Shown here piece after piece: positions 9,541-16,734 of a DNA stretch of 21,393 nucleotides (position 1 is the stretch's first letter; each line of letters begins with the position of its first letter). A program made the position numbers and the translations under genes. The notes below the pieces were generated by a model. The model was not told the origin of the DNA. It saw only the letters and a list, made by a program, of their open reading frames with translations, and ran no database searches. The stretch is from Micromonospora sp. (GTDB lineage Bacteria; Actinomycetota; Actinomycetes; Mycobacteriales; Micromonosporaceae), in NCBI GenBank assembly GCA_036278255.1, contig DASULK010000273.1, positions 1 to 21,393 of the forward strand, read 5' to 3'.

Positions 9541-11088
9541 ATGCCGGAGGACCACCCCGACCGGGGCCGGGATCAGGGCGGGCCCGTTCCACAGCGCGAT
9601 ATCGAACCGTTCTGGTCGCCGGACGAGGGCGGTGAGGTGGCGGGGCCGGTCCACGGACAGCCGGTGCCGGTTGTCCGTGAGCCGGTGAGCCTGGAGCAGC
9701 CGTTCACGCTGGACGGCCTGCTGGCCGCTGTCCCGCCCTATCGGCCCGCACCAGCCGCCCCGGAGCCGACCCTGCCACCCGCATCGCCGGTCGTACCGGC
9801 ACAAGCCATGGCGGCAGAGCCAACCGCGCCTGCGCATCCCGAACCGGCCCAACCGGCCGGACCAGCACAACCGACCGGACCGACACGGCCGACCGGACCG
9901 CTCGGGTCAGCGCCCGGGGAACCCCGTCTGAACCCCTGGGATCTGCCGCCCCAGCCGGTCTCGGCCCCGCAGCCGGCCCCGCAGCCCACACCGCAGCCGT
10001 CGCAGCCACCGGCGGGCAACCACCAGCCGCCCGCCCCGGCGCACCCCGGTGTCGTACCGGTGCCGCAGCCGCCCTATCCGGAGGCCACCGGGGTTCACCA
10101 CCTGCCATTCGGGCCGGCACCGACCCCCACCGACCCGCAGCGACAGCCGGAGGCGTTGGCGCCGACGGCGGAGGAGTTCGCCCGGCGTCGAGCGGCTCGG
10201 CCGATCGATCCGGTGGCCCGCGTCGGGATCCGGGCGGCGGTCAACCGCTCCACTCTCGGACTGATCCGCCTCCCACCCGGCCGGCATGAGCGGGAGATCC
10301 GGCACGACATCGAGACGGTCCGCCGCAACTTCGGCGGGCTGCGGCAGGTCACGGTGGTCAACCCGAAGGGCGGTGCCGGAAAGACCGTGGCGATCCTGCT
10401 GCTGGCGATGACCTTCGGCCAGCAACGCGGCGGCTACGTGCTGGCCTGGGACAACAACGAAACGCAGGGCACCCTGGGCATGCGGGCGCAGCAGGACTTC
10501 CATTCACGGACCGTGCGGGACCTGCTCCGCGACCTCACCCAGTTCCAGGGGGCGCAGGGACGGGTCGGGGACCTGTCGCAGTACGTGCGGGCGCAGGGCG
10601 AGGGGATGTTCGACGTACTCTCCTCCGACGAGTCGGCCACCGGCGGCGAGATGCTGACCGCAGCCGCGTTCGCGGAGATCAGAGACGTGGTCAGCCGCTT
10701 CTACAAGCTGATTTTCGTAGATACCGGCAACAACGTACGGGCGCAGAACTGGCAGGCCGCAATCGACGCCACCGACCAGCTGGTGCTGACGATGTCCGCC
10801 CGGAACGACTCGGCGGAGACGGCGGCACGCATGCTCGACCACCTGGAGCAGAGCGGCCGGCACCGGCTGGTCCGGCAGGCGGTGACGGTGGTGTGGATGC
10901 CCCGCTCTCGCAGCGAGATCGACCTGCCTGCCATTCAGCAGCACTTCGCCGCCCGTACCCGGGCGGTGCTGCTGGCCCCGTACGAGCGGCTGATCGACGC
11001 GGGTGAGCCACTGCGTTACGGAGAACTCTCCGGTGCGACCCGGGACGCCTGGTTGAAGATCGCCGCCGCGGTGGCCGAAGGCCTGTAG
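9541..11088 (+). CDS. ParA/MinD-family P-loop ATPase with a ~230-aa proline-rich, low-complexity N-terminal extension.
   Basis: The ATG is at 9541, with RBS GGAGGT 6 nt upstream. The N-terminal half is a Pro/Ala/Gln-rich disordered region (PAPAAPEPTLPPASPVVPAQ...APQPAPQPTPQPSQPPAGNHQPPAPAHP). The C-terminal ~270 aa has the deviant Walker A (VTVVNPKGGAGKTVAILLLA) and the ParA-type segments (AWDNNETQGTLG, IFVDTGNN). Confidence 0.85.
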   Translation: MPEDHPDRGRDQGGPVPQRDIEPFWSPDEGGEVAGPVHGQPVPVVREPVSLEQPFTLDGLLAAVPPYRPAPAAPEPTLPPASPVVPAQAMAAEPTAPAHPEPAQPAGPAQPTGPTRPTGPLGSAPGEPRLNPWDLPPQPVSAPQPAPQPTPQPSQPPAGNHQPPAPAHPGVVPVPQPPYPEATGVHHLPFGPAPTPTDPQRQPEALAPTAEEFARRRAARPIDPVARVGIRAAVNRSTLGLIRLPPGRHEREIRHDIETVRRNFGGLRQVTVVNPKGGAGKTVAILLLAMTFGQQRGGYVLAWDNNETQGTLGMRAQQDFHSRTVRDLLRDLTQFQGAQGRVGDLSQYVRAQGEGMFDVLSSDESATGGEMLTAAAFAEIRDVVSRFYKLIFVDTGNNVRAQNWQAAIDATDQLVLTMSARNDSAETAARMLDHLEQSGRHRLVRQAVTVVWMPRSRSEIDLPAIQQHFAARTRAVLLAPYERLIDAGEPLRYGELSGATRDAWLKIAAAVAEGL

Positions 11089-11103
11089 GCCGGCGCAGCC
11101 GCG

Positions 11104-11134
11104 CGCTGGGCCACAGCGGCGCTGTGGCCCAGCG
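11104..11134. terminator. Perfect 14-bp-stem hairpin (CGCTGGGCCACAGC-ggc-GCTGTGGCCCAGCG) between convergent genes. It is a likely bidirectional terminator.
   Basis: Read from the sequence. It sits in the 76-bp gap between the ParA-like stop (11088) and the convergent DUF3151 stop (11165). Confidence 0.55.
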
Positions 11135-11164
11135 ACAGCGCGACCAACCCGCTGGCCGGACTGA

Positions 11165-11593
11165 TCAGCTACCGGAGAGCGCGTCCCCGGCAGCCGGATC
11201 GCAGTCGCGCAGCATCTGAGCGCATCGTGCCGCCTCGTCGGCCTCACCGATCTGGCCGGCAGCCCGAGACAGCAGGTGCAGGCAGCGCAGGAATCCGCGG
11301 TTGGGGGCGTGCGACCAGGGCACCGGCCCGTGGCCGCGCCAGCCGTTGCGGCGCAACTGGTCCAGCCCACGGTGATAGCCCGTACGGGCATAGGCGTAGG
11401 CGGAGATGGTCTGCCCGGCGGCGTAGGCCCGCGCAGCCAGTGCTGCCCAGGCTGCACTGAAGGTCGGGAACCGCGCAGCGACCGAGGCGTACGCCTCATC
11501 GGTGCCCGCCTGTTTAGCCGCGGTCAGCGCCGCTTCGGCATCAGGGTTCGTGGGCAGGAGGGTGGGTGGCGGTTCGGCTAACAGGTTCTGCAT
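11165..11593 (-). CDS. DUF3151-like conserved actinobacterial protein, commonly adjacent to fbaA.
   Basis: The protein is ~142 aa (MQNLLAEPPPTLLPTNPDAEAALTAAKQAG...AYAYARTGYHRGLDQLRRNGWRGHGPVPWSHAPNRGFLRCLHLL...). Its position next to class II aldolase matches the conserved DUF3151-fba neighbourhood recalled for actinomycetes. The start is ambiguous between ATG 11593 and TTG 11605, and there is no clear RBS. Confidence 0.6.
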   Translation of the reverse strand: MQNLLAEPPPTLLPTNPDAEAALTAAKQAGTDEAYASVAARFPTFSAAWAALAARAYAAGQTISAYAYARTGYHRGLDQLRRNGWRGHGPVPWSHAPNRGFLRCLHLLSRAAGQIGEADEAARCAQMLRDCDPAAGDALSGS

Positions 11594-11747
11594 CGAACCA
11601 TTCAACCCGGATGGGCACCGTAAGGAAAGAGAACGGATTACACAGATGGGCTAAACGGCTGAGGTATTCCTCACGTGAGCGGCCGCTATGCCCTAGGCAT
11701 CGGTGACGGTAGAAATAGAGGTCCGGAGCCTCCCCAGGACCGGAAAC

Positions 11748-11783
11748 CGAAAGCCCGGTGACTGTGGAGTCACCGGGCTTTCG
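11748..11783 (-). terminator. Intrinsic terminator hairpin downstream of fbaA (CGAAAGCCCGGTGAC-tgtgga-GTCACCGGGCTTTCG).
   Basis: It has a 15-bp perfect stem and a 6-nt loop, ~65 nt after the fbaA stop (11850). On the transcribed minus strand it is followed by GTTTCCGG. Confidence 0.6.
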
Positions 11784-11849
11784 CTTCTCCGCGTGCCGCG
11801 CCCGCTTCATTCGGCGGGCACAAGCCTGCGGCTACCGCTGAGTAATCCG

Positions 11850-12878
11850 CTAGCTCTTGGAGAGGGAAGTGCCGGTCGAGCAGAGGTTTTCGCAGGCTTG
11901 GACAATCCGCTCGGCCATGCCCGCTTCGGCTGCCTTGCCCCAGACCCGCGGGTCGTACATCTTCTTGTTGCCGATATCGCCGTCCACCTTGATCACCCCG
12001 TCGTAGTTACGGAACACGTGGTCGGCAATCGGCCGGGTGAAGCAGTACTGCGTGTCGGTGTCGATGTTCATCTTCACCACGCCGTAGTCGAGGGCTGCCC
12101 GAATCTCCGACAGCAGCGACCCGGAGCCACCGTGGAAGACCAGCTCGAGCGGCTTCTCCTTGCCGTACTTGGCACCGACCGCATCCTGGATCTCCTTGAG
12201 GATCTCCGGGCGCAGCTTGACGTTGCCCGGCTTGTAGATGCCGTGCACGTTGCCGAAGGTCAGGGCGGCGATGTAGCGGCCCTTCTCACCCAGGCCGAGG
12301 GCGTCGACCATGGCCAGGCCGTCCTCGACGGTGGTGTAGAGCTTGTGGTCCATGGCGCCGACGATGCCGTCCTCCTCGCCGCCGACCACGCCGACCTCGA
12401 TCTCCAGGATGATGCGGGCGGCTGCCGCCTCGGCCAGCAGCTCTTCGGCGATCTGGAGGTTCTCCGTCAGCGGCACCGCCGAGCCGTCCCACATGTGCGA
12501 CTGGAACAGCGGCTCCTCACCGCGGTCGACCCGCTCCTTGGAGAGCGCCAGCAGCGGGCGGACGAAGGTGTCGAGCTTCTCCTTCGGGCAGTGGTCGGTG
12601 TGCAGCGCGATGTTGACCGGGTAGTTCTTGGCCACCTCGCGGGCGTACTCCGCGAAGGCCGTCGCACCGGAGACCATGTTCTTGATGGTCGGTCCGGAGA
12701 GGTACTCGGCACCGCCGGTGGAGACCTGGATGATGCCGTCGCTCTCGGCGTCGGCGAATCCGCGCAGTGCTGCGTTGAGGGTCTGCGAGGACGAAACGTT
12801 AATCGCGGGGTAGGCGAAGGCGCCGGCCTTGGCGCGGTCCAGCATCTCCGCGTAGACCTCGGGGGAAGCGATGGGCAT
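11850..12878 (-). CDS. fbaA: Fructose-bisphosphate aldolase, class II.
   Basis: The protein is 342 aa, starting MPIASPEVYAEMLDRAKAGAFAYPAINVSS, with the metal/active-site motif HTDHC and FHGGSGS. The ATG is at 12878..12876, preceded by AAGGAG at ~8 nt spacing. The ORF track's extra 60 N-terminal residues are a spurious upstream extension. Confidence 0.95.
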   Translation of the reverse strand: MPIASPEVYAEMLDRAKAGAFAYPAINVSSSQTLNAALRGFADAESDGIIQVSTGGAEYLSGPTIKNMVSGATAFAEYAREVAKNYPVNIALHTDHCPKEKLDTFVRPLLALSKERVDRGEEPLFQSHMWDGSAVPLTENLQIAEELLAEAAAARIILEIEVGVVGGEEDGIVGAMDHKLYTTVEDGLAMVDALGLGEKGRYIAALTFGNVHGIYKPGNVKLRPEILKEIQDAVGAKYGKEKPLELVFHGGSGSLLSEIRAALDYGVVKMNIDTDTQYCFTRPIADHVFRNYDGVIKVDGDIGNKKMYDPRVWGKAAEAGMAERIVQACENLCSTGTSLSKS

Positions 12879-12924
12879 GTGAAACGCTCCTTTTTCAACC
12901 ACTCTCGGCCGTGCGGCCGCTGCT

Positions 12925-12955
12925 GTCTTCCAGGGGTGCACTGGTCTTCCAGGGC
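12925..12955. promoter_or_regulatory. Tandem direct repeat GTCTTCCAGGG(G/C) x2 (period 19 bp) in the fbaA leader/promoter region.
   Basis: Read from the sequence. The copies are at 12925..12936 and 12944..12955, each followed by (t/c)GCAC. They lie 47-77 nt upstream of the fbaA start codon on the transcribed strand. Confidence 0.3.
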
Positions 12956-13118
12956 GCACCGGACCGCGCTGTCCTCCGGCCCCAGTATCCCGTAGCTCTC
13001 GGGGACCGAGGAATCCGACCCGCTTCGGCACCGCAGGCGTCGAGCCTCTGCGGGTCACATCCTGTCACCATCTTCGGGCGTGCGGAGCCGGTTCCGGCGA
13101 CTGGTCGTTTCCGTCCAG

Positions 13119-13124
13119 TTGACA
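13119..13124 (+). promoter_or_regulatory. Consensus -35 hexamer TTGACA upstream of the small acidic ORF. No well-spaced -10 was found.
   Basis: It lies 64 nt upstream of ATG 13188. The best TANNNT (TACGGT) is ~20 nt away, so the spacing is suboptimal. It is a tentative promoter. Confidence 0.2.
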
Positions 13125-13187
13125 ACGGAACGGCTGGTCAGCCCGTACGGTGGGGGAAGCAGCGGCCGGATACGAAGGAGGACGGTG

Positions 13188-13403
13188 ATGGGCCAGCCTG
13201 AGGAGGACTTCGTTCCCACTGCCCCCCTCTCCCCTGAGGAGCGCGACCCGGAAGCCCCGACGGTCGACGTTGTCGAGCAGGCGACCGTCGCCGACCCGAA
13301 CCGGGACGAGGCTGAAATGCACCGCGGCCTGGAGGTAGCCGATTGGGACGCCATCGAGCAGTCCCAGATGGTCGGCCCCGCCGACGAGGACGACTACCGC
13401 TAA
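13188..13403 (+). CDS. Small highly acidic hypothetical protein (71 aa).
   Basis: The ATG is at 13188, with an excellent RBS AAGGAGG 6 nt upstream. The product is MGQPEEDFVPTAPLSPEERDPEAPTVDVVEQATVADPNRDEAEMHRGLEVADWDAIEQSQMVGPADEDDYR. It has high GC3. There are no recognisable motifs other than extreme acidity. Confidence 0.5.
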   Translation: MGQPEEDFVPTAPLSPEERDPEAPTVDVVEQATVADPNRDEAEMHRGLEVADWDAIEQSQMVGPADEDDYR

Positions 13404-13632
13404 CGGGTGATGTGGCCGGGGTGGGCCATGGCCCACCCGTCGAGTAGTGGGCCTTGAGTAGGTCTGGCACGGCCATGTCGCCGGTGTCGAGAAGCAGACC
13501 GTCGCCCCCAAACTCGGGATCTACTTCCAGAACCTCATCGTCGCCGTCGACGGCGAGGGGAGTATTGGCGCACCGACGCTCTCCGTTGAGGGCGCATCGT
13601 TCAACCATTCCGTTGCCATCCGCGACTTCCGG

Positions 13633-15003
13633 TTGACGATCGATTTCAGCGACGTGGCTGATCTGGTGACCTTGAGCACCGACGATACATACCCGGAGTG
13701 CACGACGGCGGGCACCACCATGACGTGTACCGCTGACGAAACCTACGTGTGGGGCGGCGATGCTGGCAGCAGCCTCTTCGACCTGCTCATCAAGCCGAAG
13801 TCCGGGGCTGCGCTCGGCAGCAGCGGAAAGCTGGCCTTCCGGGCGGAGGGTGACGGCTATGCTGCCGCCACCCATGAGTCGACGGTTCGGCTGGCGGAGG
13901 GGGTCGACCTGGCCGCCGGGCCGGAGGTCGAGGTCACGGCGAAGCCGGGTGAGGCTTTCACCGCACCTCTCACGGTCCGCAACGCCGGCCGGACCGTCGT
14001 CAACGGCGCCGTTGCCATCTTCTACAACGACTGGGCCATCCGTTCCGAGAAGAAGTTCAGCAACTGCCGGTACGTGCAGGACCGGCTGAGGTCCTGTCAT
14101 TTCGACATGCCCCTCAACCCGGGCGAAAACTACACCGCCTCGATGCCGTACCGGCTCGGCGAGGACACCTACGCTCCCGGCTTTGACGTGGGTGAGGTCA
14201 ACTGGATGACGGTCGCCGAATTCGACGATTACGTCACGTACCTCGGCAGCCTGGGGATCTCCCTCGGCGATTTCGGCACCGGCAGCACACTGGCTCTCAC
14301 CGCGGTCCCTATCGCAAAGGCCAGAATGGCCCAGGTGGACACCGACCCTGACAATAACTGGTCCCATCTGGCAGTCCGGGTAACCGGCAAGAACGGCGCG
14401 GACCTGGCCGCCCTCGGTGCCCGGGTGGCCGGTGGGGCGGGCGAAACCATCACCGCCGCCGTCGGATTCCGCAACCTCGGCCCGGCGACGATTGATGCGA
14501 CCCGGAGTGGCTCGTCGATCACTCGGATTGACGTGGAGATCCCGGCTGGCACGACAGCGGTCGGTGTCCCCGACGACTGTGCTCCGATGAAGGACGGCGA
14601 GATCGACTGGGAGAAGGTGGAGAGCGAGGACAGGACCGGCGCGGCCAACTACCGCTGTCACGCTGGTTCGTTCATCGCTGTTGACGAGACTGAGACGGTC
14701 GAATTCAGCCTCCTGATCAACGAGGTCATCGCCGACGCCACCGGCCTGGTGCGGATCAATGCCGAATGTGCATGCGAAGGCTTCGCGGACGACACCAACC
14801 CGGCCAACGACACCGCGCAGCTCATCGTCAACCCGACCAAGGGCAGCGAAGACGGCGACGACGGCGAGGGTGGTGCGGGTGGCGGCCTGCCGGTCACCGG
14901 TGCCACCACGGGCATCATCGCCGGTGCCGGTGTCCTGCTGCTCGCGGCGGGCATGATCGGCTTCGTGCTGGCCCGGCGCCGCCGGATGCGGTTCGTAGCC
15001 TGA
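13633..15003 (+). CDS. LPXTG-anchored cell-surface protein (sortase substrate). No start codon or signal peptide is detectable upstream, so it may be 5'-truncated or a pseudogene.
   Basis: The C-terminus carries a canonical sorting signal: LPVTG, then a hydrophobic stretch (ATTGIIAGAGVLLLAAGMIGFVLA), then RRRRMRFVA. The body is a Thr/Gly/Asp-rich beta-type protein. The reading frame is open back to ~13462 but contains no ATG, GTG or TTG before TTG 13633. No frame in 13404..13632 encodes a signal peptide. Confidence 0.7.
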   Translation: MTIDFSDVADLVTLSTDDTYPECTTAGTTMTCTADETYVWGGDAGSSLFDLLIKPKSGAALGSSGKLAFRAEGDGYAAATHESTVRLAEGVDLAAGPEVEVTAKPGEAFTAPLTVRNAGRTVVNGAVAIFYNDWAIRSEKKFSNCRYVQDRLRSCHFDMPLNPGENYTASMPYRLGEDTYAPGFDVGEVNWMTVAEFDDYVTYLGSLGISLGDFGTGSTLALTAVPIAKARMAQVDTDPDNNWSHLAVRVTGKNGADLAALGARVAGGAGETITAAVGFRNLGPATIDATRSGSSITRIDVEIPAGTTAVGVPDDCAPMKDGEIDWEKVESEDRTGAANYRCHAGSFIAVDETETVEFSLLINEVIADATGLVRINAECACEGFADDTNPANDTAQLIVNPTKGSEDGDDGEGGAGGGLPVTGATTGIIAGAGVLLLAAGMIGFVLARRRRMRFVA

Positions 15004-15015
15004 CCTGTTCCATGA

Positions 15016-15048
15016 CGAGCGCCCCGCCAATGCTCGGCGGGGCGCTCG
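15016..15048 (+). terminator. Terminator hairpin (CGAGCGCCCCGCC-aatgctc-GGCGGGGCGCTCG) 13 nt after the LPXTG-protein stop.
   Basis: It has a 13-bp perfect GC-rich stem and a 7-nt loop, followed by GCTGCTGTCTGG. Confidence 0.55.
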
Positions 15049-15269
15049 CTGCTGTCTGGGACGGCGGAACGGACGGAAACTGCGGCGACGGAGTGGTGTC
15101 CGCCTGCGAATCTGAGCGGGTGGACCCGCGGCTGCGAGCGGTCAGCGCATGATCGTGGTGATGCGGAACACGAAGCCGGGGGCGGAGACGGTCTGGGCAC
15201 CGGTAATCTTTGGGCCCGTGGAATCTCCACATCTCTCGGCAACTGAATAACTCACGAACGGATCGTTAC

Positions 15270-16205
15270 ATGTCGTTAGGCGGGCGCATAGGTAATACCC
15301 TGCGGGGGGCCGCAATCGGGATCGCCGAGGCCGTTCCCGGGATCAGCGGCGGAACGATCGCCCTGGTGACCGGGGTTTACGAGCGCCTGATCAGCTCCGC
15401 GGGGCACATGGTGAGCGCGGTCCGGGCCGGCGTGGTGGACGTGCCACGCCGCCGCGGCTGGGCCCGCGTCGGGCATGAGCTGCGACAGGTGCACTGGGGG
15501 TTGCTGATTCCGCTCGCCGTCGGTGTGGTGCCCGCCCTGCTGATCTCCGCGAGAGTGGTGGAGCCGCTGCTGCAGGAGTACCCGCAGCAGGCACGGGGAC
15601 TCTTCCTCGGTCTGGTGCTCGCGTCCCTGATGGTGCCGATCTCGATGGTGGCGCGGCCCTGGCGGGGCGGGGAGGTGCTGGCCGTCGGGGTGAGCGCGGT
15701 CGCCGCATTCATCCTGACCGGCATGCCCCACACGACGATCGAGCCGCGGCCGGTGATCGTGTTTTTGGCGGCGGCGATTGCGGTCTGTGCTTTGGTGCTC
15801 CCCGGCGTCTCCGGATCGTTCCTGCTGCTCACGGTCGGGCTTTACGAGCCGACCATCACCGCGGTCAATGATCGCGATTTCGGGTATCTGGCGGTCTTCG
15901 GGGCCGGCATGGTTTTCGGTCTCGCGCTCTTCATCAAGGTGCTGCAGTGGCTGCTCGAGCACCGCCGACGCATCACGCTGGCGATCATGACCGGAGTGAT
16001 GGCCGGTAGCCTCCGGTCCTTGTGGCCGTGGCAGTCGGACGACCGCACCCTGCAGGCACCGGGCGACGGCATCATGCCGATCACCGGACTGTTCGTAGTC
16101 GGCATCGCCGTGGTGGCCGGCATGTTCGTGCTGGAGCAGCGGAGCGTACGACGCGCTGCCGAGTTGCTCACCGAGGAGTCGTACGAGCGTCCCTCGGTCC
16201 GCTGA
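15270..16205 (+). CDS. DUF368-family polytopic membrane protein.
   Basis: Two repeats of the family signature are present: IAEAVPGISGGTIALVTGVYERLI and LVLPGVSGSFLLLTVGLYEPT. About 8 TM helices are predicted. The start is taken at ATG 15270 (MSLGGRIGNTL). The ORF track's 20-aa extension has no support. Confidence 0.7.
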   Translation: MSLGGRIGNTLRGAAIGIAEAVPGISGGTIALVTGVYERLISSAGHMVSAVRAGVVDVPRRRGWARVGHELRQVHWGLLIPLAVGVVPALLISARVVEPLLQEYPQQARGLFLGLVLASLMVPISMVARPWRGGEVLAVGVSAVAAFILTGMPHTTIEPRPVIVFLAAAIAVCALVLPGVSGSFLLLTVGLYEPTITAVNDRDFGYLAVFGAGMVFGLALFIKVLQWLLEHRRRITLAIMTGVMAGSLRSLWPWQSDDRTLQAPGDGIMPITGLFVVGIAVVAGMFVLEQRSVRRAAELLTEESYERPSVR

Positions 16206-16253
16206 GCCGACGGCGGGCCGGGCGGGGCGCGGCGAAGGGTTGCCCCGACGGTT

Positions 16254-16291
16254 CCGTTCGGTGCCCTCGATTATCGGAGGGCACCGAACGG
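16254..16291. terminator. Perfect 15-bp-stem hairpin (CCGTTCGGTGCCCTC-gattatcg-GAGGGCACCGAACGG) between the convergent DUF368 and arsR-like genes.
   Basis: Read from the sequence. It lies in the 97-bp gap between stop codons at 16205 (+) and 16303 (-). It is a likely bidirectional terminator. Confidence 0.55.
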
Positions 16292-16302
16292 TGCCGATGC
16301 CT

Positions 16303-16677
16303 TCAGCGGGCCTTCTTGGTGGCCCGCTTACGCGGCGGGGTCAGCAGGTCGGCGATGGTTGCGATCGCCGACGGGACCAGACTGTAGTACGCCCACACGC
16401 CGCGCTTCTCCCGCTCCAGGAGACCGGCCTCGGTGAGAATGCGCAGGTGGTGGCTTACCGTCGGCTGCGAGAGGCCGATCGGTGCGGTCAGATCGCAGAC
16501 GCAGGCCTCGCCTTCCGGGGCCGACTGGATCAGGCTCAGTAGCCGCAGTCGGGCGGGATCGGCGAGCGCCTTGAGGACCCCCGCGAGTCGCTCCGCGTCG
16601 GCACGTTCGATCGGCTCGCCTGCCAGGGGCGAGATATGGGGCATTGTCGTTTCAGCCAGCGCTACCACGTGTTCCAT
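16303..16677 (-). CDS. ArsR/SmtB-family metalloregulatory transcriptional repressor.
   Basis: It has a winged-helix HTH (LSQPTVSHHLRILTEAGLL). It carries an ArsR-type Cys pair in the alpha3 position (EGEACVCDL), like the ELCVCDL As(III) site of ArsR. The start is chosen at ATG 16677 (MEHVVAL...), giving 124 aa. ATG 16644 (MPHIS...) is an alternative. Confidence 0.8.
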   Translation of the reverse strand: MEHVVALAETTMPHISPLAGEPIERADAERLAGVLKALADPARLRLLSLIQSAPEGEACVCDLTAPIGLSQPTVSHHLRILTEAGLLEREKRGVWAYYSLVPSAIATIADLLTPPRKRATKKAR

Positions 16678-16734
16678 CCTTCCACCAACAGCATCGATCT
16701 GCCTGCATATCAACAGGTACGAATCGGCAAACTT

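Noticed and set aside
9704-11499. Minus-strand ORFs 9704..10120, 9907..10503 and 10504..11499.
   Set aside because: They lie antisense to the ParA-like gene. Their products are Arg/Gly/Pro low-complexity. The plus-strand gene has an RBS plus a Walker A motif.
11703-12995. 430-aa plus-strand ORF and the 61-aa extension of the fba ORF (12879..13058).
   Set aside because: It is a shadow of fbaA on the minus strand. The fbaA start is fixed by AAGGAG-N8-ATG and by the conserved MPIASPEV N-terminus.
13138-15030. 630-aa minus-strand ORF.
   Set aside because: It is a shadow of the plus-strand LPXTG protein gene, which has an unmistakable sorting signal. The minus-strand translation is Gly/Arg/Asp/Val-rich with no motifs.
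15276-16171. Minus-strand ORFs 15276..15962, 15377..15832 and 15842..16171.
   Set aside because: They lie antisense to the DUF368 membrane-protein gene. Their products are Arg/Pro/His-rich.
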